Assembly: GCA_035063585.1 (NCBI GenBank)
Contig: JAPSGB010000003.1
Location: forward strand, 160,001-224,000
Direction: 5' to 3'
DNA from: Polyangiaceae bacterium
Lineage (GTDB): Bacteria; Myxococcota_A; Polyangia; Polyangiales; Polyangiaceae
Length of the DNA: 64,000 nucleotides
The notes beneath the pieces are model-generated. The model was not told the DNA's origin. It worked only from the letters and a program-made list of their open reading frames with translations, and made no database searches. Positions 9,634-19,287 of the stretch are shown here, piece by piece (position 1 is the stretch's first letter; every line of letters begins with the position of its first letter). The position numbers were made by a program, and so were the translations under genes.

Positions 9634-11427
9634 ATGGCTCGCGACTCGAATATCCCGCTCTTCCTGTGGATCACCACAGCGGCGCTCGCGCACATCGCGT
9701 GGGGCGGCGGGGCCGAGCGCGTGTCGAACCTCATCGAGCAGCAGCTCGACATCCGGCGCTTCGCGCTCACCGTGCAGGCGAAGGTGCGCGGACAGTCGAG
9801 CGCCTTCGAGGTCGCGCTGGTGGACGAGCCGAGCAAGCCCTCCGAGGAGCCGGGCGAGGCGCCGGATCCTTCGGCGTCTCCCGACCGCTCCGCCGAAGAG
9901 ACGCAGCCGAGCCGTCCGGTGAGCGAGCCGGCGAAGCGTCCCGATGAGCCGGCGAAGCAGCCGGCGCCCGAGCCGACGCCGCCCGAGCCGCCGAAGGCGG
10001 TCGCGCTCCCCGAGGTCGCGCCGCCCAAGATCGCGCCCGAGAAACAGCCGGCGGAGCCCGAGAAGGCGCTCGAGTTGCCGAAGAGCCAGGGCCGGATCGC
10101 GGTGAAGCAGCACGTCGAGCCGAACCAGGAGGACAACCCCGAGGCGCGCTTCATTGGCAACGAGGCGAACCGGACGAAAGAGGAGACGCAGGCGCGCATC
10201 ACCTCGACCGATCAGAACGACAAGGAGCCGACGCCGGGCGGGAACCACGCGGGACCGACCGCCGACCCCGGAGACGCCGACCACGACAAGATCGCGCAGT
10301 CGGAGGATCGCCCCGGTGAGCAGGATCGCGCGCCGTCGGCGTCGCCGGAGCCGGAGCGGCCGAGGGTCGCGGCGGCCGGCGCGCCGCCCGTGGCCCCCAC
10401 GCCCCCCGGCACACCGTCGGCCGCCGCAGAGGACGCCAAGCGGGGCGCGGCGAGCGGCGCGGACAGCTCCAAGGCGCGCTCGACCGCGCCAGCGAGCCCG
10501 AGCGAGCAGGCCCAGCGCGCCGAGGCGGGGCGCGAGGCCGCGCCGGACACCGTGAACGCGCCGGGGGGGAGCCCCGGCGTCGCCGAGCGCCAGCGCGCGC
10601 GCGCCGCGTCCGAGGCCCGTCCGGCGAAGCGCAAGCGGCTGCCGCCGCCGCGCGGCGCTCGGGCGGGGGACTGGCTCGGTCTCGGCGCGCCGGGCACGAC
10701 CCGGGGCGGGGTGAACCTCAACCTGACGCCCGGAGCGGCGCTCGCCGCGGTCGGCAAGGAGAAGCTGCGCGACGAGCTCCGGCGTGACGGCGAGCGCCGC
10801 CGGAGCGCGCACCTCGGCTCGTGGAGATCGACCGGGATCGAGCGTTGGCGCGCGTCCATCGAGAATTACGTCCCGAGCGTGAAGCCCGGCAATCAGACCG
10901 CGCTCAACACCGCGCGCGTTCCGTTCGCGAACTACCTGAACGAGATCCACAACCGGCTGCATCCGGTCTTCGCCGACGCGTTCCTCGCCTCGCTCGACGC
11001 CCTGCCGGACTCGAGCCCGATGAACCGCCCGGACATGAGCACCAACCTCGAGATCGTGGTGAGCCAAGATGACGGCCGCATCGTCCGCATGGGCGTCACC
11101 AAGACGAGCGGGGTCACCGCGTTCGACATCGGCGCGCTCGAGTCCGTGCAGCGCGCGTCTCCGTTCGGCACGCCGCCGCGCGAGATCATCTCGCCGGACG
11201 GGAACGTCTACCTGCACTGGGAGTTCTACCGAAACCCCTACTACGCCTGCTCCACCTACTTCGCGCATCCGTTTCTCTTGAAGGTCGCGCCCGAGACGGC
11301 CCCGCCCGGGGTCACCCCGCCGCCGGCGCGCCCGTACGACCCGAGAGAGCCGCCCTCCAAGGATCAGCGCCGCGGCGCGCTCGAGCGCTCGCGCCCGCGC
11401 GTGGCGCTCTCCGAGCGAACGCGTTAG
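9634..11427 (+). CDS. TonB/TolA-like protein: N-terminal TM, long Pro-rich periplasmic linker, TonB C-terminal domain
   Basis: TM with His (ALAHIAW), Pro/Glu/Lys-rich linker, C-terminal YLNEIHNRLH...DGRIVRMGVTKTSGVTAFDIGALESVQRASPF; start ATG9634. Confidence 0.75.
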   Translation: MARDSNIPLFLWITTAALAHIAWGGGAERVSNLIEQQLDIRRFALTVQAKVRGQSSAFEVALVDEPSKPSEEPGEAPDPSASPDRSAEETQPSRPVSEPAKRPDEPAKQPAPEPTPPEPPKAVALPEVAPPKIAPEKQPAEPEKALELPKSQGRIAVKQHVEPNQEDNPEARFIGNEANRTKEETQARITSTDQNDKEPTPGGNHAGPTADPGDADHDKIAQSEDRPGEQDRAPSASPEPERPRVAAAGAPPVAPTPPGTPSAAAEDAKRGAASGADSSKARSTAPASPSEQAQRAEAGREAAPDTVNAPGGSPGVAERQRARAASEARPAKRKRLPPPRGARAGDWLGLGAPGTTRGGVNLNLTPGAALAAVGKEKLRDELRRDGERRRSAHLGSWRSTGIERWRASIENYVPSVKPGNQTALNTARVPFANYLNEIHNRLHPVFADAFLASLDALPDSSPMNRPDMSTNLEIVVSQDDGRIVRMGVTKTSGVTAFDIGALESVQRASPFGTPPREIISPDGNVYLHWEFYRNPYYACSTYFAHPFLLKVAPETAPPGVTPPPARPYDPREPPSKDQRRGALERSRPRVALSERTR

Positions 11428-11442
11428 CGGCAAGGAGACAGC

Positions 11443-12543
11443 GTGACGACCTCGGAGTCCCGCGCCGAAGCGCCGGGTGAGCCCCCGGCGTCGCTCCCTG
11501 CCTCGCGCGAGCTGGGCGTCGCCGGGCTCCGTCCGGTGGTGCCGAGGGTGCTCGCCGTGATGGCGCTCCTCGCCTGGGTGAGCGCGCGCGGCATCGCGCC
11601 GGCGCTGCCCGGCTCGAGCGCGGGCCTGGCGCGGTGGATCGCTCTCGGCGATCGCGTCGCAGCGCTCCTCTCGCAGCTCGTGGTGCTGATCGGCTCGCTC
11701 GTCGCGTTCCGGCTCATCGTGGGCACCCTCCGCGAGCATCGGCTCGGGGTGGTCTACCGCCTAGCGGCGGTCCCCATCGGCGCCGGCGTGCTCACGCTCA
11801 TCATGGCCTCGGCGTCACGCGAGCAAGACGCGCCGCTGCTCTTCCTCCTGGCGGTGGCGAGCGCGCTGCTCGCGCTCGCGGCGGCGCCGCTCGCGCTCGC
11901 GGACGCGCGGTCGCGAGCGCTCGGGCTCACCCTCGCGCTCGCCGGGCTCGCCGCGTTCCTTCACGTCTTCTCGCGGGCGATCGCGATCCACGCGAGCAGC
12001 CAGGCGCTCGCCTCGCTCTATCGGACGTCGCGGGTGGTCGCGACCGTCGCGCTCGGGGCGGACGTCGTCATGCTCGTGGTGGTCGCCGCGTGGCTGGTCG
12101 CGCCGCGGCGCCTGCGCGGCGCAGCGGTGCTCGGCGCGGGGCTCGCGCTCGCGGCGCTGATCGTCTGGGGCGCCGCGCGCGGCTCCGGGCTCGACGCGCC
12201 GCTCTGGGAGGTCATCGCCGCGCGCTCGCTCTCGGATCTGGCTCGGGCCCCGGCGCCGCTCGTCGCAACCTGGGTCTCCGCCTTCCTGGAGCTGGCCGTC
12301 ATGGTGGTCGCGCTCGGGGCCGTGCTCTTCCCGGGCCGGGTCGCGGCCGTCGGGGCGGCGATGGCCCTCGCCCTGCTCGCCCGGTCGTCGGCCGACGTCC
12401 CGGCCTTGGCGCTCTGCCTCCTCGTAGCGGCGATGATGGGCGCGCTCCTCTCGGGCGAGGAAGGTAGGCTGCGCGGCCGGGGAGATCGTGATAGGCTCGA
12501 CCCTGCTCGACCGAACTTGGCACCCGAGAAGCGACCAGGATGA
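11443..12543 (+). CDS. Multi-pass membrane protein of unknown function
   Basis: About 9-10 hydrophobic segments; AAGGAGA RBS before GTG. Confidence 0.75.
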   Translation: MTTSESRAEAPGEPPASLPASRELGVAGLRPVVPRVLAVMALLAWVSARGIAPALPGSSAGLARWIALGDRVAALLSQLVVLIGSLVAFRLIVGTLREHRLGVVYRLAAVPIGAGVLTLIMASASREQDAPLLFLLAVASALLALAAAPLALADARSRALGLTLALAGLAAFLHVFSRAIAIHASSQALASLYRTSRVVATVALGADVVMLVVVAAWLVAPRRLRGAAVLGAGLALAALIVWGAARGSGLDAPLWEVIAARSLSDLARAPAPLVATWVSAFLELAVMVVALGAVLFPGRVAAVGAAMALALLARSSADVPALALCLLVAAMMGALLSGEEGRLRGRGDRDRLDPARPNLAPEKRPG

Positions 12544-12983
12544 CTGCGCCCTACCGAGTGCTCGTGGTCGAGGACGACCCGCTGTTCGCCCGGACGCTCG
12601 CGCGCGTGCTCGCCCATCGTGGCATGGTGCCCACGGTGGCCACCTGTAGCGCGGACGCGGAGCGTGCTGGCGCGGGGTTCGACGTCGGCGTGTTCGACAT
12701 CGATCTGCCGGACGCGAGCGGGGTCGAGCTCGCGCGCAAGCTGCTCGCGCAGGGCGCGGTCGCCTGCGCGGTGTTCCACAGCGCCACGACGTCCGAGGCG
12801 GTGCAGCTCGAGGCGTCGGAGCTCGGCAGCTTCTGCCACAAGGGCAAAGGGCTCCACGCGCTCCATAAGATGATGCTCGACGCCATCTCGGACTCCGAGA
12901 CGGCGCGTCGCGCGGTGGGCGCGCCCGATGATCTCGGTGACGCCACCCGCTTCCGCTCCGGGAAGCGACCGAAGCTCATCTGA
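12540..12983 (+). CDS. Single-domain response regulator (receiver)
   Basis: VLVVEDD, FDIDLPDASG (phosphoacceptor Asp), HSA, conserved Lys; ATGA overlap with the upstream gene. Confidence 0.88.
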   Translation: MTAPYRVLVVEDDPLFARTLARVLAHRGMVPTVATCSADAERAGAGFDVGVFDIDLPDASGVELARKLLAQGAVACAVFHSATTSEAVQLEASELGSFCHKGKGLHALHKMMLDAISDSETARRAVGAPDDLGDATRFRSGKRPKLI

Positions 12984-12996
12984 GCGGCGCGTCTGG

Positions 12997-13092
12997 TCAG
13001 CGCTCGCAGAGGAAGCCCGCGAGCGGGATCGCGAAGCAGACGGCCGTGAACAGGACCCACGGCCACCAGCGCTCGATGAGCTGCGTCGTCAT
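12997..13092 (-). CDS. Putative 31-aa single-TM protein
   Basis: ATG13092 to TGA12997: MTTQLIERWWPWVLFTAVCFAIPLAGFLCER; almost all third positions G/C; starts 12 bp after the cyoE stop. Confidence 0.55.
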   Translation of the reverse strand: MTTQLIERWWPWVLFTAVCFAIPLAGFLCER

Positions 13093-13104
13093 CGGCTGCC
13101 GGTG

Positions 13105-14019
13105 CTACGAGCCCCCGCTCGGGAGCAAGACGCCGGCGACCAGCGCCGCCGAGACGAGCACCAGGTACGGCATCGACGCGATGAACAGGCTACGCGCCCA
13201 CGGAGTGCCCGCGTCGGGGGCGAGCCCGCGCACGGCCCAGACGAGGAAGCCCACCCCGAGGACGAGCGCGGAGACGAGGTAGACGAAGCCGCCGAGCCCC
13301 GTGAGGAACGGCAGCACGCTGCACGCGAGCTGGAGCACGCTATAAAAGACCGCCTCGCGCTTCGCGGCGCGCATTCCCTTGACGACCGGCAGCACGCGGA
13401 GCCCCGCCGCCGCGTAGTCCTCGCGGCGGAACATCGCGATGGCGAGGAAATGCGGCAGCTGCCACACGAAGAGGAGGAGAAAGATGGACCAGGCTCGGGC
13501 GTCGAGCGTCCCGGTGACGGCCGCCCAGCCGATGAGCGGCGGGATCGCGCCGGGTATCGCGCCGACGTGCAGCGCCCAGGGCGTCACCCGCTTGAGGGGC
13601 GTGTAGCAGAGGACGTAGCTGATGAGCGCGGTCGCGGCGAGCAGCCCGGTGAGCGGGTTCACCCCGAAGGTCAGGATGGGCAGCGAGACGAGCGCCTGCC
13701 CCACGCCGAACCAGAGCGCCGTGCTCGGCGCGAGGCGTCCGGAGGGCAGCGGGCGCGTGCGCGTCCGGGCCATGGCGCGGTCCGAGTCGCGCTCGAGGTA
13801 CATGTTGAGCGTGTTGGCCGAGCCGACGATGAGCGCCGTGCCGAACATCGCGACCAGGAACCGGACCCACGTCACGTGGCCGGGCGCCGCGAGCGCGCCA
13901 CACACCGCCATCGCGAGCACCAGCCGTGTCACGCCCGGCTTGGTGAGCTCGATGAGCGCGCGTGCGCTCCCGCCGAGGTCGCGCGAGGTGTCGTCGATCG
14001 TCTCCGCCGTGCTGCTCAT
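13105..14019 (-). CDS. cyoE: Protoheme IX farnesyltransferase (heme o synthase)
   Basis: ELTKPGVT, NMYLERDSDRAMARTRTRPLPSGR, YTPLKR, GAIPPLIGW, WQLPHF. Confidence 0.96.
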   Translation of the reverse strand: MSSTAETIDDTSRDLGGSARALIELTKPGVTRLVLAMAVCGALAAPGHVTWVRFLVAMFGTALIVGSANTLNMYLERDSDRAMARTRTRPLPSGRLAPSTALWFGVGQALVSLPILTFGVNPLTGLLAATALISYVLCYTPLKRVTPWALHVGAIPGAIPPLIGWAAVTGTLDARAWSIFLLLFVWQLPHFLAIAMFRREDYAAAGLRVLPVVKGMRAAKREAVFYSVLQLACSVLPFLTGLGGFVYLVSALVLGVGFLVWAVRGLAPDAGTPWARSLFIASMPYLVLVSAALVAGVLLPSGGS

Positions 14020-14131
14020 CCGTGGCGCCTGGGGCAAGGCGGAGCTGGAGCCTCGGCTCCGCGTCCACCATCGGCGATATAGTGCATCGCCCGCGCCCTG
14101 GCCAATGTGAAATCCCGCGCGGGCGCGCGCG

Positions 14132-15337
14132 TCAGCCGCGCTCGGCGCGCGCGACCGCGTTCGCCAGGGCGGCGAGCGCTTCGCGAATCGTCTCCTCGCT
14201 CGTCGCGTAGCTATAGCGAACGTGGCCCGGCGCGCCGAACGCCTCGCCGGCGACCGCCGCGATGCCGCACACGTCGAGTTGCCAGAGGGAGACGTCGTTC
14301 GCGCTCGCGACTCGCTTGTCGCCGTGGCGGATGCCGTAAAGCCCCGTCACGTCCGGGAACGCATAAAATGCGCCGCGCGGCACCTCGCAGCGCACGCCCG
14401 GGATGGCGTTCAAGCCGTCGACCATGACCTTGCGCCGAGACGCGAAGGCGTCCCGCATGCGCCGGACGTCGTCGCGCGGCCCGAGCAGCGCCGCCTCCGC
14501 CGCCGCCTGCGCCACCGCGGTCGGGTTGGTGGTCGACTGACCTTGCACCTTCGCGAGCGCCTTGGTCACCGCGGGTGGCGCGATCGACCAGCCGATGCGC
14601 CAGCCGGTCATCGCGTAGGTCTTGCTGACGCCGTCCACCACGATGAGCCGCTCGGCCAGCTCGGGCGCGAGCTGGCCGAGCGAGACGTACTCGAAGCCGT
14701 CGTAGACGAGCTCGCCGTAGATCTCATCGGTGATGATGTAAGCGTCCGTCTCGTTCGCGAGCACGTCGGCGAGCGCCCGGAGCTCGCGCGCATCGTACGC
14801 GGCCCCGGTCGGATTCGACGGGGAGCACAGGATCACCGCCTTGGTCTTCGGACCGAGCGCGGCTCGGAGCGCGTCCGGGGTCATCCTCCAGCCGTCCTCC
14901 GCGCGCGTCTCGACGATGCGCGGTACGCCGCCGAAGAGCCGGACCTGCTCCGGGTAGCTCACCCAGTAGGGCGCGGGGATCACCACCTCGTCGCCCGGCT
15001 CGCAGAGCACCATGGCGAGGTTGAAGAGCGCGTGCTTCGCGCCCACGCTCACCGTCACGAGGTCCGGCGACGGAGTCCAGCCGCGATCTCGGGTGGTCGC
15101 GGCGCAGATCGCCGCCTTCAGCGAGGCGGTGCCGGTCACGGGCGTGTAGTGCGAGCTCTTGGCGATCGCCGCCGCCGCCGCCTCGCGGACGAGCTCCGGC
15201 GTCAGGAAATCAGGCTCGCCGACCCCGAACGCGTAGACCTTGCGGCCGGTGGCCCTGAGCTCGGCGGCCTTCTGGGTCATGGCGAGCGTCGCGCTCGGCT
15301 GAACCGCGTCGAGACGGGATGCGAGTCGTCGAGTCAT
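14132..15337 (-). CDS. aspC: PLP-dependent aminotransferase class I (aspartate aminotransferase)
   Basis: GEPDF, PYWVSY, SPSNPTG, DEIY, SKTYAMTGWRIG. Confidence 0.9.
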   Translation of the reverse strand: MTRRLASRLDAVQPSATLAMTQKAAELRATGRKVYAFGVGEPDFLTPELVREAAAAAIAKSSHYTPVTGTASLKAAICAATTRDRGWTPSPDLVTVSVGAKHALFNLAMVLCEPGDEVVIPAPYWVSYPEQVRLFGGVPRIVETRAEDGWRMTPDALRAALGPKTKAVILCSPSNPTGAAYDARELRALADVLANETDAYIITDEIYGELVYDGFEYVSLGQLAPELAERLIVVDGVSKTYAMTGWRIGWSIAPPAVTKALAKVQGQSTTNPTAVAQAAAEAALLGPRDDVRRMRDAFASRRKVMVDGLNAIPGVRCEVPRGAFYAFPDVTGLYGIRHGDKRVASANDVSLWQLDVCGIAAVAGEAFGAPGHVRYSYATSEETIREALAALANAVARAERG

Positions 15338-15340
15338 GGC

Positions 15341-15691
15341 TCAGGACCTCGACTTCTTTCGCGGGGCGGGCCGCGCCGCTTCCTCGCCGTCCTCGTCGTC
15401 GTCGTCCGCTTCATCATCGTCGTCCTCGTCGTCCTCGTCTTCGACGCGGGGGCGCCGCTTCGCGGGGAGCCGCTTCGGATCCTTGCGGGGCTTTCCCGCG
15501 ACGCGTTTACGCTGCACCTCGCGGTCATCCTCGTCGTCCTCATCTTCGTCGTCGCCGTCGCTGGCGATGCCCTTCTTGAAGTTGCGGATGCCTTCACCGA
15601 GCCCCTTTCCGATCTCGGAGAGGCGCCCTGCGCCGAACAGCAGGAGGACGATGAGCGCGATGAGGACGATTTGCCACGGGCCGACGGACAT
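15341..15691 (-). CDS. tatA: Twin-arginine translocase TatA/TatE subunit
   Basis: IVLLLFGAGRLSEIGKGLGEGIRNFKKG (TM, FG hinge, amphipathic helix) plus charged tail. Confidence 0.93.
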   Translation of the reverse strand: MSVGPWQIVLIALIVLLLFGAGRLSEIGKGLGEGIRNFKKGIASDGDDEDEDDEDDREVQRKRVAGKPRKDPKRLPAKRRPRVEDEDDEDDDDEADDDDEDGEEAARPAPRKKSRS

Positions 15692-15905
15692 ACGAGCGCT
15701 TCCTTTTCTCGCGCGTCCCTAACATCGGGGCTCGCGTCCGGCAACGCGTGCGCGGCGCGCGGACCCGCGACTCCCCGCGGTGTTCGAGCGCGGCGCGCGC
15801 GGTGGCCGCCTGCACTTTCCACCTCGCGGCGAGCGGCGTCCTGGCGACTGGCCTGCCGGCGCCGGTCGAGCGCCGGTCGCGGCGAGGGGGAGGGGCCAGG
15901 GGGGT

Positions 15906-15985
15906 CGGCCCGGCGCGGAACCCCGCGGCGCGGCGCCGGGTGAAGCTCTGTGCAGTAGCGGCCCGCCTGGTTCCGCGCCGGGCCG
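15906..15985. repeat. Perfect 17-bp inverted repeat formed by two motif copies
   Basis: cggcccggcgcggaacc (15906-15922) and ggttccgcgccgggccg (15969-15985), 46-nt spacer. Confidence 0.85.
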
Positions 15986-16118
15986 GCATTCCCAAGAAAA
16001 ATTGCGATTCGAGGGCGGAGGAGCGGGTCCCGTCGGGAGGGCTTCCCCGGCCCGGGAGGGATGGTGGTATGCTCGCGCAGCCGGTCGCGGGTCGACCGCG
16101 CTCCGCTTGGGAGGCTTC

Positions 16119-16778
16119 ATGCGTTCGTTCGTCTCGTTGCCAGTCGCCGCTGTCTTCTTCGGCTCGCTCCTCACGCCCGCCTTGGCGTTCGCGGATCCGG
16201 TGTCGCCGACCGGCAAGGGAATCACCGGAGGCGCGCTGCTCGGCGGTGAGGTCGTGATGCTGACCGAGGCCGCGGCCGGGGTGAAGCCGGCATGGGCGTA
16301 CGCGGTCGGCGGGGTGGTGGGCGCGGCGGGTGGCGGGGTCGGCGGTTACTTCGCCGAGCAGGGTGGCTCCGCGAAGCTCCCACTCTATCTGCTCGCGGGG
16401 GGGATGGCGCTGGTCATCCCCACCACCGTCGCGGTGCTGAGCGCGACCGCGTATACGCCCCCTGCCGACTACACCGAGGATCGCGGCCCGAGCGACGAGC
16501 CCGTGGCGGAGCCGGCTGCGCCCGCCGCCGCTCCCACCTCGTCGCGGGAGCGCCCGCGTCACCGCGCGGTCGCGCGCCGCGCGCCGCGGCTCGAGGCGCC
16601 GCTCGCGCTCTACCAGCCGGTGGTGCCGCCCGCTCTGCTCGGATATGGCGAGCGCGGCCTCACGCTGAGCGTCCCCGCGGTCGAGGTAGGACAAGTCTAC
16701 ACACGCGCCGAGCTCGCGACGTTCGGCGTGAAGCAGGCGGCCGAGCTTCGCGTCCCGGTGTTCGACGTCGTCTTCTGA
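16119..16778 (+). CDS. Exported/membrane protein of unknown function
   Basis: GGAGG RBS before ATG16119; signal peptide ending ALA; Gly-rich hydrophobic segments; C-terminal Phe. Confidence 0.7.
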   Translation: MRSFVSLPVAAVFFGSLLTPALAFADPVSPTGKGITGGALLGGEVVMLTEAAAGVKPAWAYAVGGVVGAAGGGVGGYFAEQGGSAKLPLYLLAGGMALVIPTTVAVLSATAYTPPADYTEDRGPSDEPVAEPAAPAAAPTSSRERPRHRAVARRAPRLEAPLALYQPVVPPALLGYGERGLTLSVPAVEVGQVYTRAELATFGVKQAAELRVPVFDVVF

Positions 16779-16940
16779 TACGCGGGCGGCGGGGAGGTGA
16801 GCTTCGGCGCGGCGCGGCGCCGCGCGGTTCGGCGAGGCTGCCCGCGTTCGTCGCGAAACGCTGTACGCGCCGAAGAGGCTTGGCGTATGATGCTGAAGTC
16901 GCGGTTCTTATTTCCATCATGACCGCGCCATCCAGCTAAA

Positions 16941-18695
16941 ATGGCAGAACCGTCGCCGCCGAAACCGAACAGTCCCCGGTCCAAGTCGGGGGAGGATCCC
17001 GCGCTCGGCAAGGTCATCGCGGGGCGCTATCGCCTCGAGGCTCGCATCGGCGAGGGCGGCATGGGCATCGTATATCGAGCCCGCCACGTGCTCATCGATC
17101 GGGTCGTGGCCGTGAAGCTCATTCGCCCGGATCTCCGCGGCGAGACGCACCTGCGCGCGTGGATGCTGCGTGAGGCGCGCGCTGCCAACCGGGTCGATCA
17201 CGCGCACATCATCGATATCCACGACATCGGAGAGACCGACGAGGGCGAGCTCTACCTGGTCATGGAATACCTGATCGGGACGCCGCTCTCCTCGGAGCTG
17301 GCGCGTGGGCCCATGCCGATCCAGCGCGGCGTGGACATCCTCGAGCAGATGGGCGCGGCGCTCGCCCGCGCGCACGACCTCGGCGTGGTGCACCGCGATC
17401 TGAAGAGCGACAACATCCTCCTCACCGCGCGCGGCGGCCGGAAGGATTTCGTCAAGGTCTTGGATTTCGGGCTCGCCGCGCTGGCTCACGATCCGCGCCT
17501 CGCCCCGAAGGGCGCGGTGTTCGGCACGCCCGAGTACATGTCCCCCGAGCAAGCGCGCGGGGAGCAAGCCGGCCCGCAGTCGGATCTCTACGCGCTCGGC
17601 GTGCTCTTCTTCGAGATGCTCACCGGGCAGCTCCCGTTCCGCGCCGCCGAACGCGAGACGCTGCTCGAGATGCAGCGCACCGCGCTCGCTCCGCGGCCCA
17701 GCACCATCCGCAAAGATTGCCATCCGGTCGCCGAGCGCATCGTGATGCGGCTCCTCGAGAAGGATCAGCGGAAGCGCTATCGTGACGGGCACCACCTGCT
17801 CGAGGAGTTGAAGGCGCTCCAGCGCTCGCTGCCCGGGGTCTCGTGGGACAAGGAGGGCGGCGGTGAGGTGTCGGCGCCCATCGCGCCGCCGCCGCCGCCG
17901 CCGCCGCGCTCACTCGCGGTGAGCGAGTGGGCCGGTCGGACGGGGCTCTTCGCGCGAATGGTGGCGCGCGCGTATCCCTCGGGGAACGCGCCGCCCGAGA
18001 TCTCCCAGGGGCTCGACAACCTCTGGCAGACCTGCGCGAGCGCGAACGCGCTGGAGGGCGAGATCGCCAGCCACGCGCGCAAGCTCGAGGCGCTCGAGCG
18101 TCGCGGACGCGCGCTCCGCGCCGAGATTGGCCGCAAGGTCGAGGAGCTCGCGCACGAGGAGTCTCGCGCGCTGCGCGACGCGGCAGCCTACGGAGAGGAA
18201 GAGGAGTCGGCGCGGAGAGAGCTGGTGCGCGCGCAGGAACAGGCGCGCGAGCTCACCGCGAAGGCGGACGCCGCCGAGCAAGCCGGCCGCGGGACGCGCA
18301 CCGTCTACGAGCAGGCCGGCGCGGCCCAGGCGATGGCCGAGGCCAAGCGCCAGTGGATGCAGACTCGAGAGGCGCGCCGGGTCGGTCGAGAGGCGACCGC
18401 GCGCGATCTCCGGCGTCAAATCGAGGAGCTGCGTGATCAGCTCGCGCGCTACGCCGAGGCGATGGAGGAGGATCTCGCGTCCGGTCGCGAGAAGGTGGCG
18501 GCGCGCTCGCGAGAGGGCCTCAAGTACGAGAAGTCGTTCCACGAGAGCGCCGCGCTCCTCGGCGCGCACCTCAAGGGTAGGCCCGAGTGCCGGGACCTGA
18601 TGGCGGAGCTCTCGGCGTCGAGCTCCGCCGAACAGCCGACGACCTCGATGGCCGCGAGCATCGTCCGAAGCGGCGCCCTGCCTCGCCCGGCGTGA
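16941..18695 (+). CDS. Ser/Thr protein kinase with C-terminal coiled coil
   Basis: IGEGGMGIVY, VAVK, HRDLKSDN, DFG, GTPEYMSPE; long Glu/Arg/Ala helical tail, no TM. Confidence 0.95.
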   Translation: MAEPSPPKPNSPRSKSGEDPALGKVIAGRYRLEARIGEGGMGIVYRARHVLIDRVVAVKLIRPDLRGETHLRAWMLREARAANRVDHAHIIDIHDIGETDEGELYLVMEYLIGTPLSSELARGPMPIQRGVDILEQMGAALARAHDLGVVHRDLKSDNILLTARGGRKDFVKVLDFGLAALAHDPRLAPKGAVFGTPEYMSPEQARGEQAGPQSDLYALGVLFFEMLTGQLPFRAAERETLLEMQRTALAPRPSTIRKDCHPVAERIVMRLLEKDQRKRYRDGHHLLEELKALQRSLPGVSWDKEGGGEVSAPIAPPPPPPPRSLAVSEWAGRTGLFARMVARAYPSGNAPPEISQGLDNLWQTCASANALEGEIASHARKLEALERRGRALRAEIGRKVEELAHEESRALRDAAAYGEEEESARRELVRAQEQARELTAKADAAEQAGRGTRTVYEQAGAAQAMAEAKRQWMQTREARRVGREATARDLRRQIEELRDQLARYAEAMEEDLASGREKVAARSREGLKYEKSFHESAALLGAHLKGRPECRDLMAELSASSSAEQPTTSMAASIVRSGALPRPA

Positions 18696-18707
18696 GCGCG
18701 CGGCGGC

Positions 18708-19232
18708 TCAGCCGGGCAGCTTCGCGCTCAAGAACGAGCGCAGCTTGACCAGCGTCTTCTCGTCGCGGGTGAAGCTCGGTGCCGCGTAGGCGTCGGCCCA
18801 ACTCCTGACCTCTTGCGCGAAGCTCGCGCTCGAGCCCGCGTCGGCCACGACGTCGGCGACGCTGCGCCCTCGCGCGGTGAGCTGATCGAGACCCGCGACG
18901 TAACCCTCGAGCCGAGGGTAGTCGGCCTCCAGAAACTCGCGGATGAGCTCCGCGTCTCGAGCGAGACGACCGACCACTCCGCCGCTCTCCCCGAGCCCGG
19001 CCACGGCGACGCGCAGCACGAAGGCGTCGTCGAGGAGCCCGAGATCCTCGATCCCGTCCGGGATCAAGTCCAGGGACTTGAAGAGATAGTTCAGGGCGCC
19101 GACCGCGCGCCGCCTCACGCTCGCTTCGGTTGCGGGGTCGGCGATGGCGTCGGCGAGCGCGCGGGCGTCGCCGCCGAGGGAATGGAGCCACGACGGGAAG
19201 GCGTCCAGACAGCGATCTTCCAGCTCACCCAT
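18708..19232 (-). CDS. YkvA/DUF1232 family protein
   Basis: YLFKSLDLIPDGIEDLGLLDD motif. Confidence 0.8.
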   Translation of the reverse strand: MGELEDRCLDAFPSWLHSLGGDARALADAIADPATEASVRRRAVGALNYLFKSLDLIPDGIEDLGLLDDAFVLRVAVAGLGESGGVVGRLARDAELIREFLEADYPRLEGYVAGLDQLTARGRSVADVVADAGSSASFAQEVRSWADAYAAPSFTRDEKTLVKLRSFLSAKLPG

Positions 19233-19287
19233 GCCTCGGGTCGTAGCATCGAGGGCGGCTCGGGAGAACTGGGAAAACGCCGGCGCG

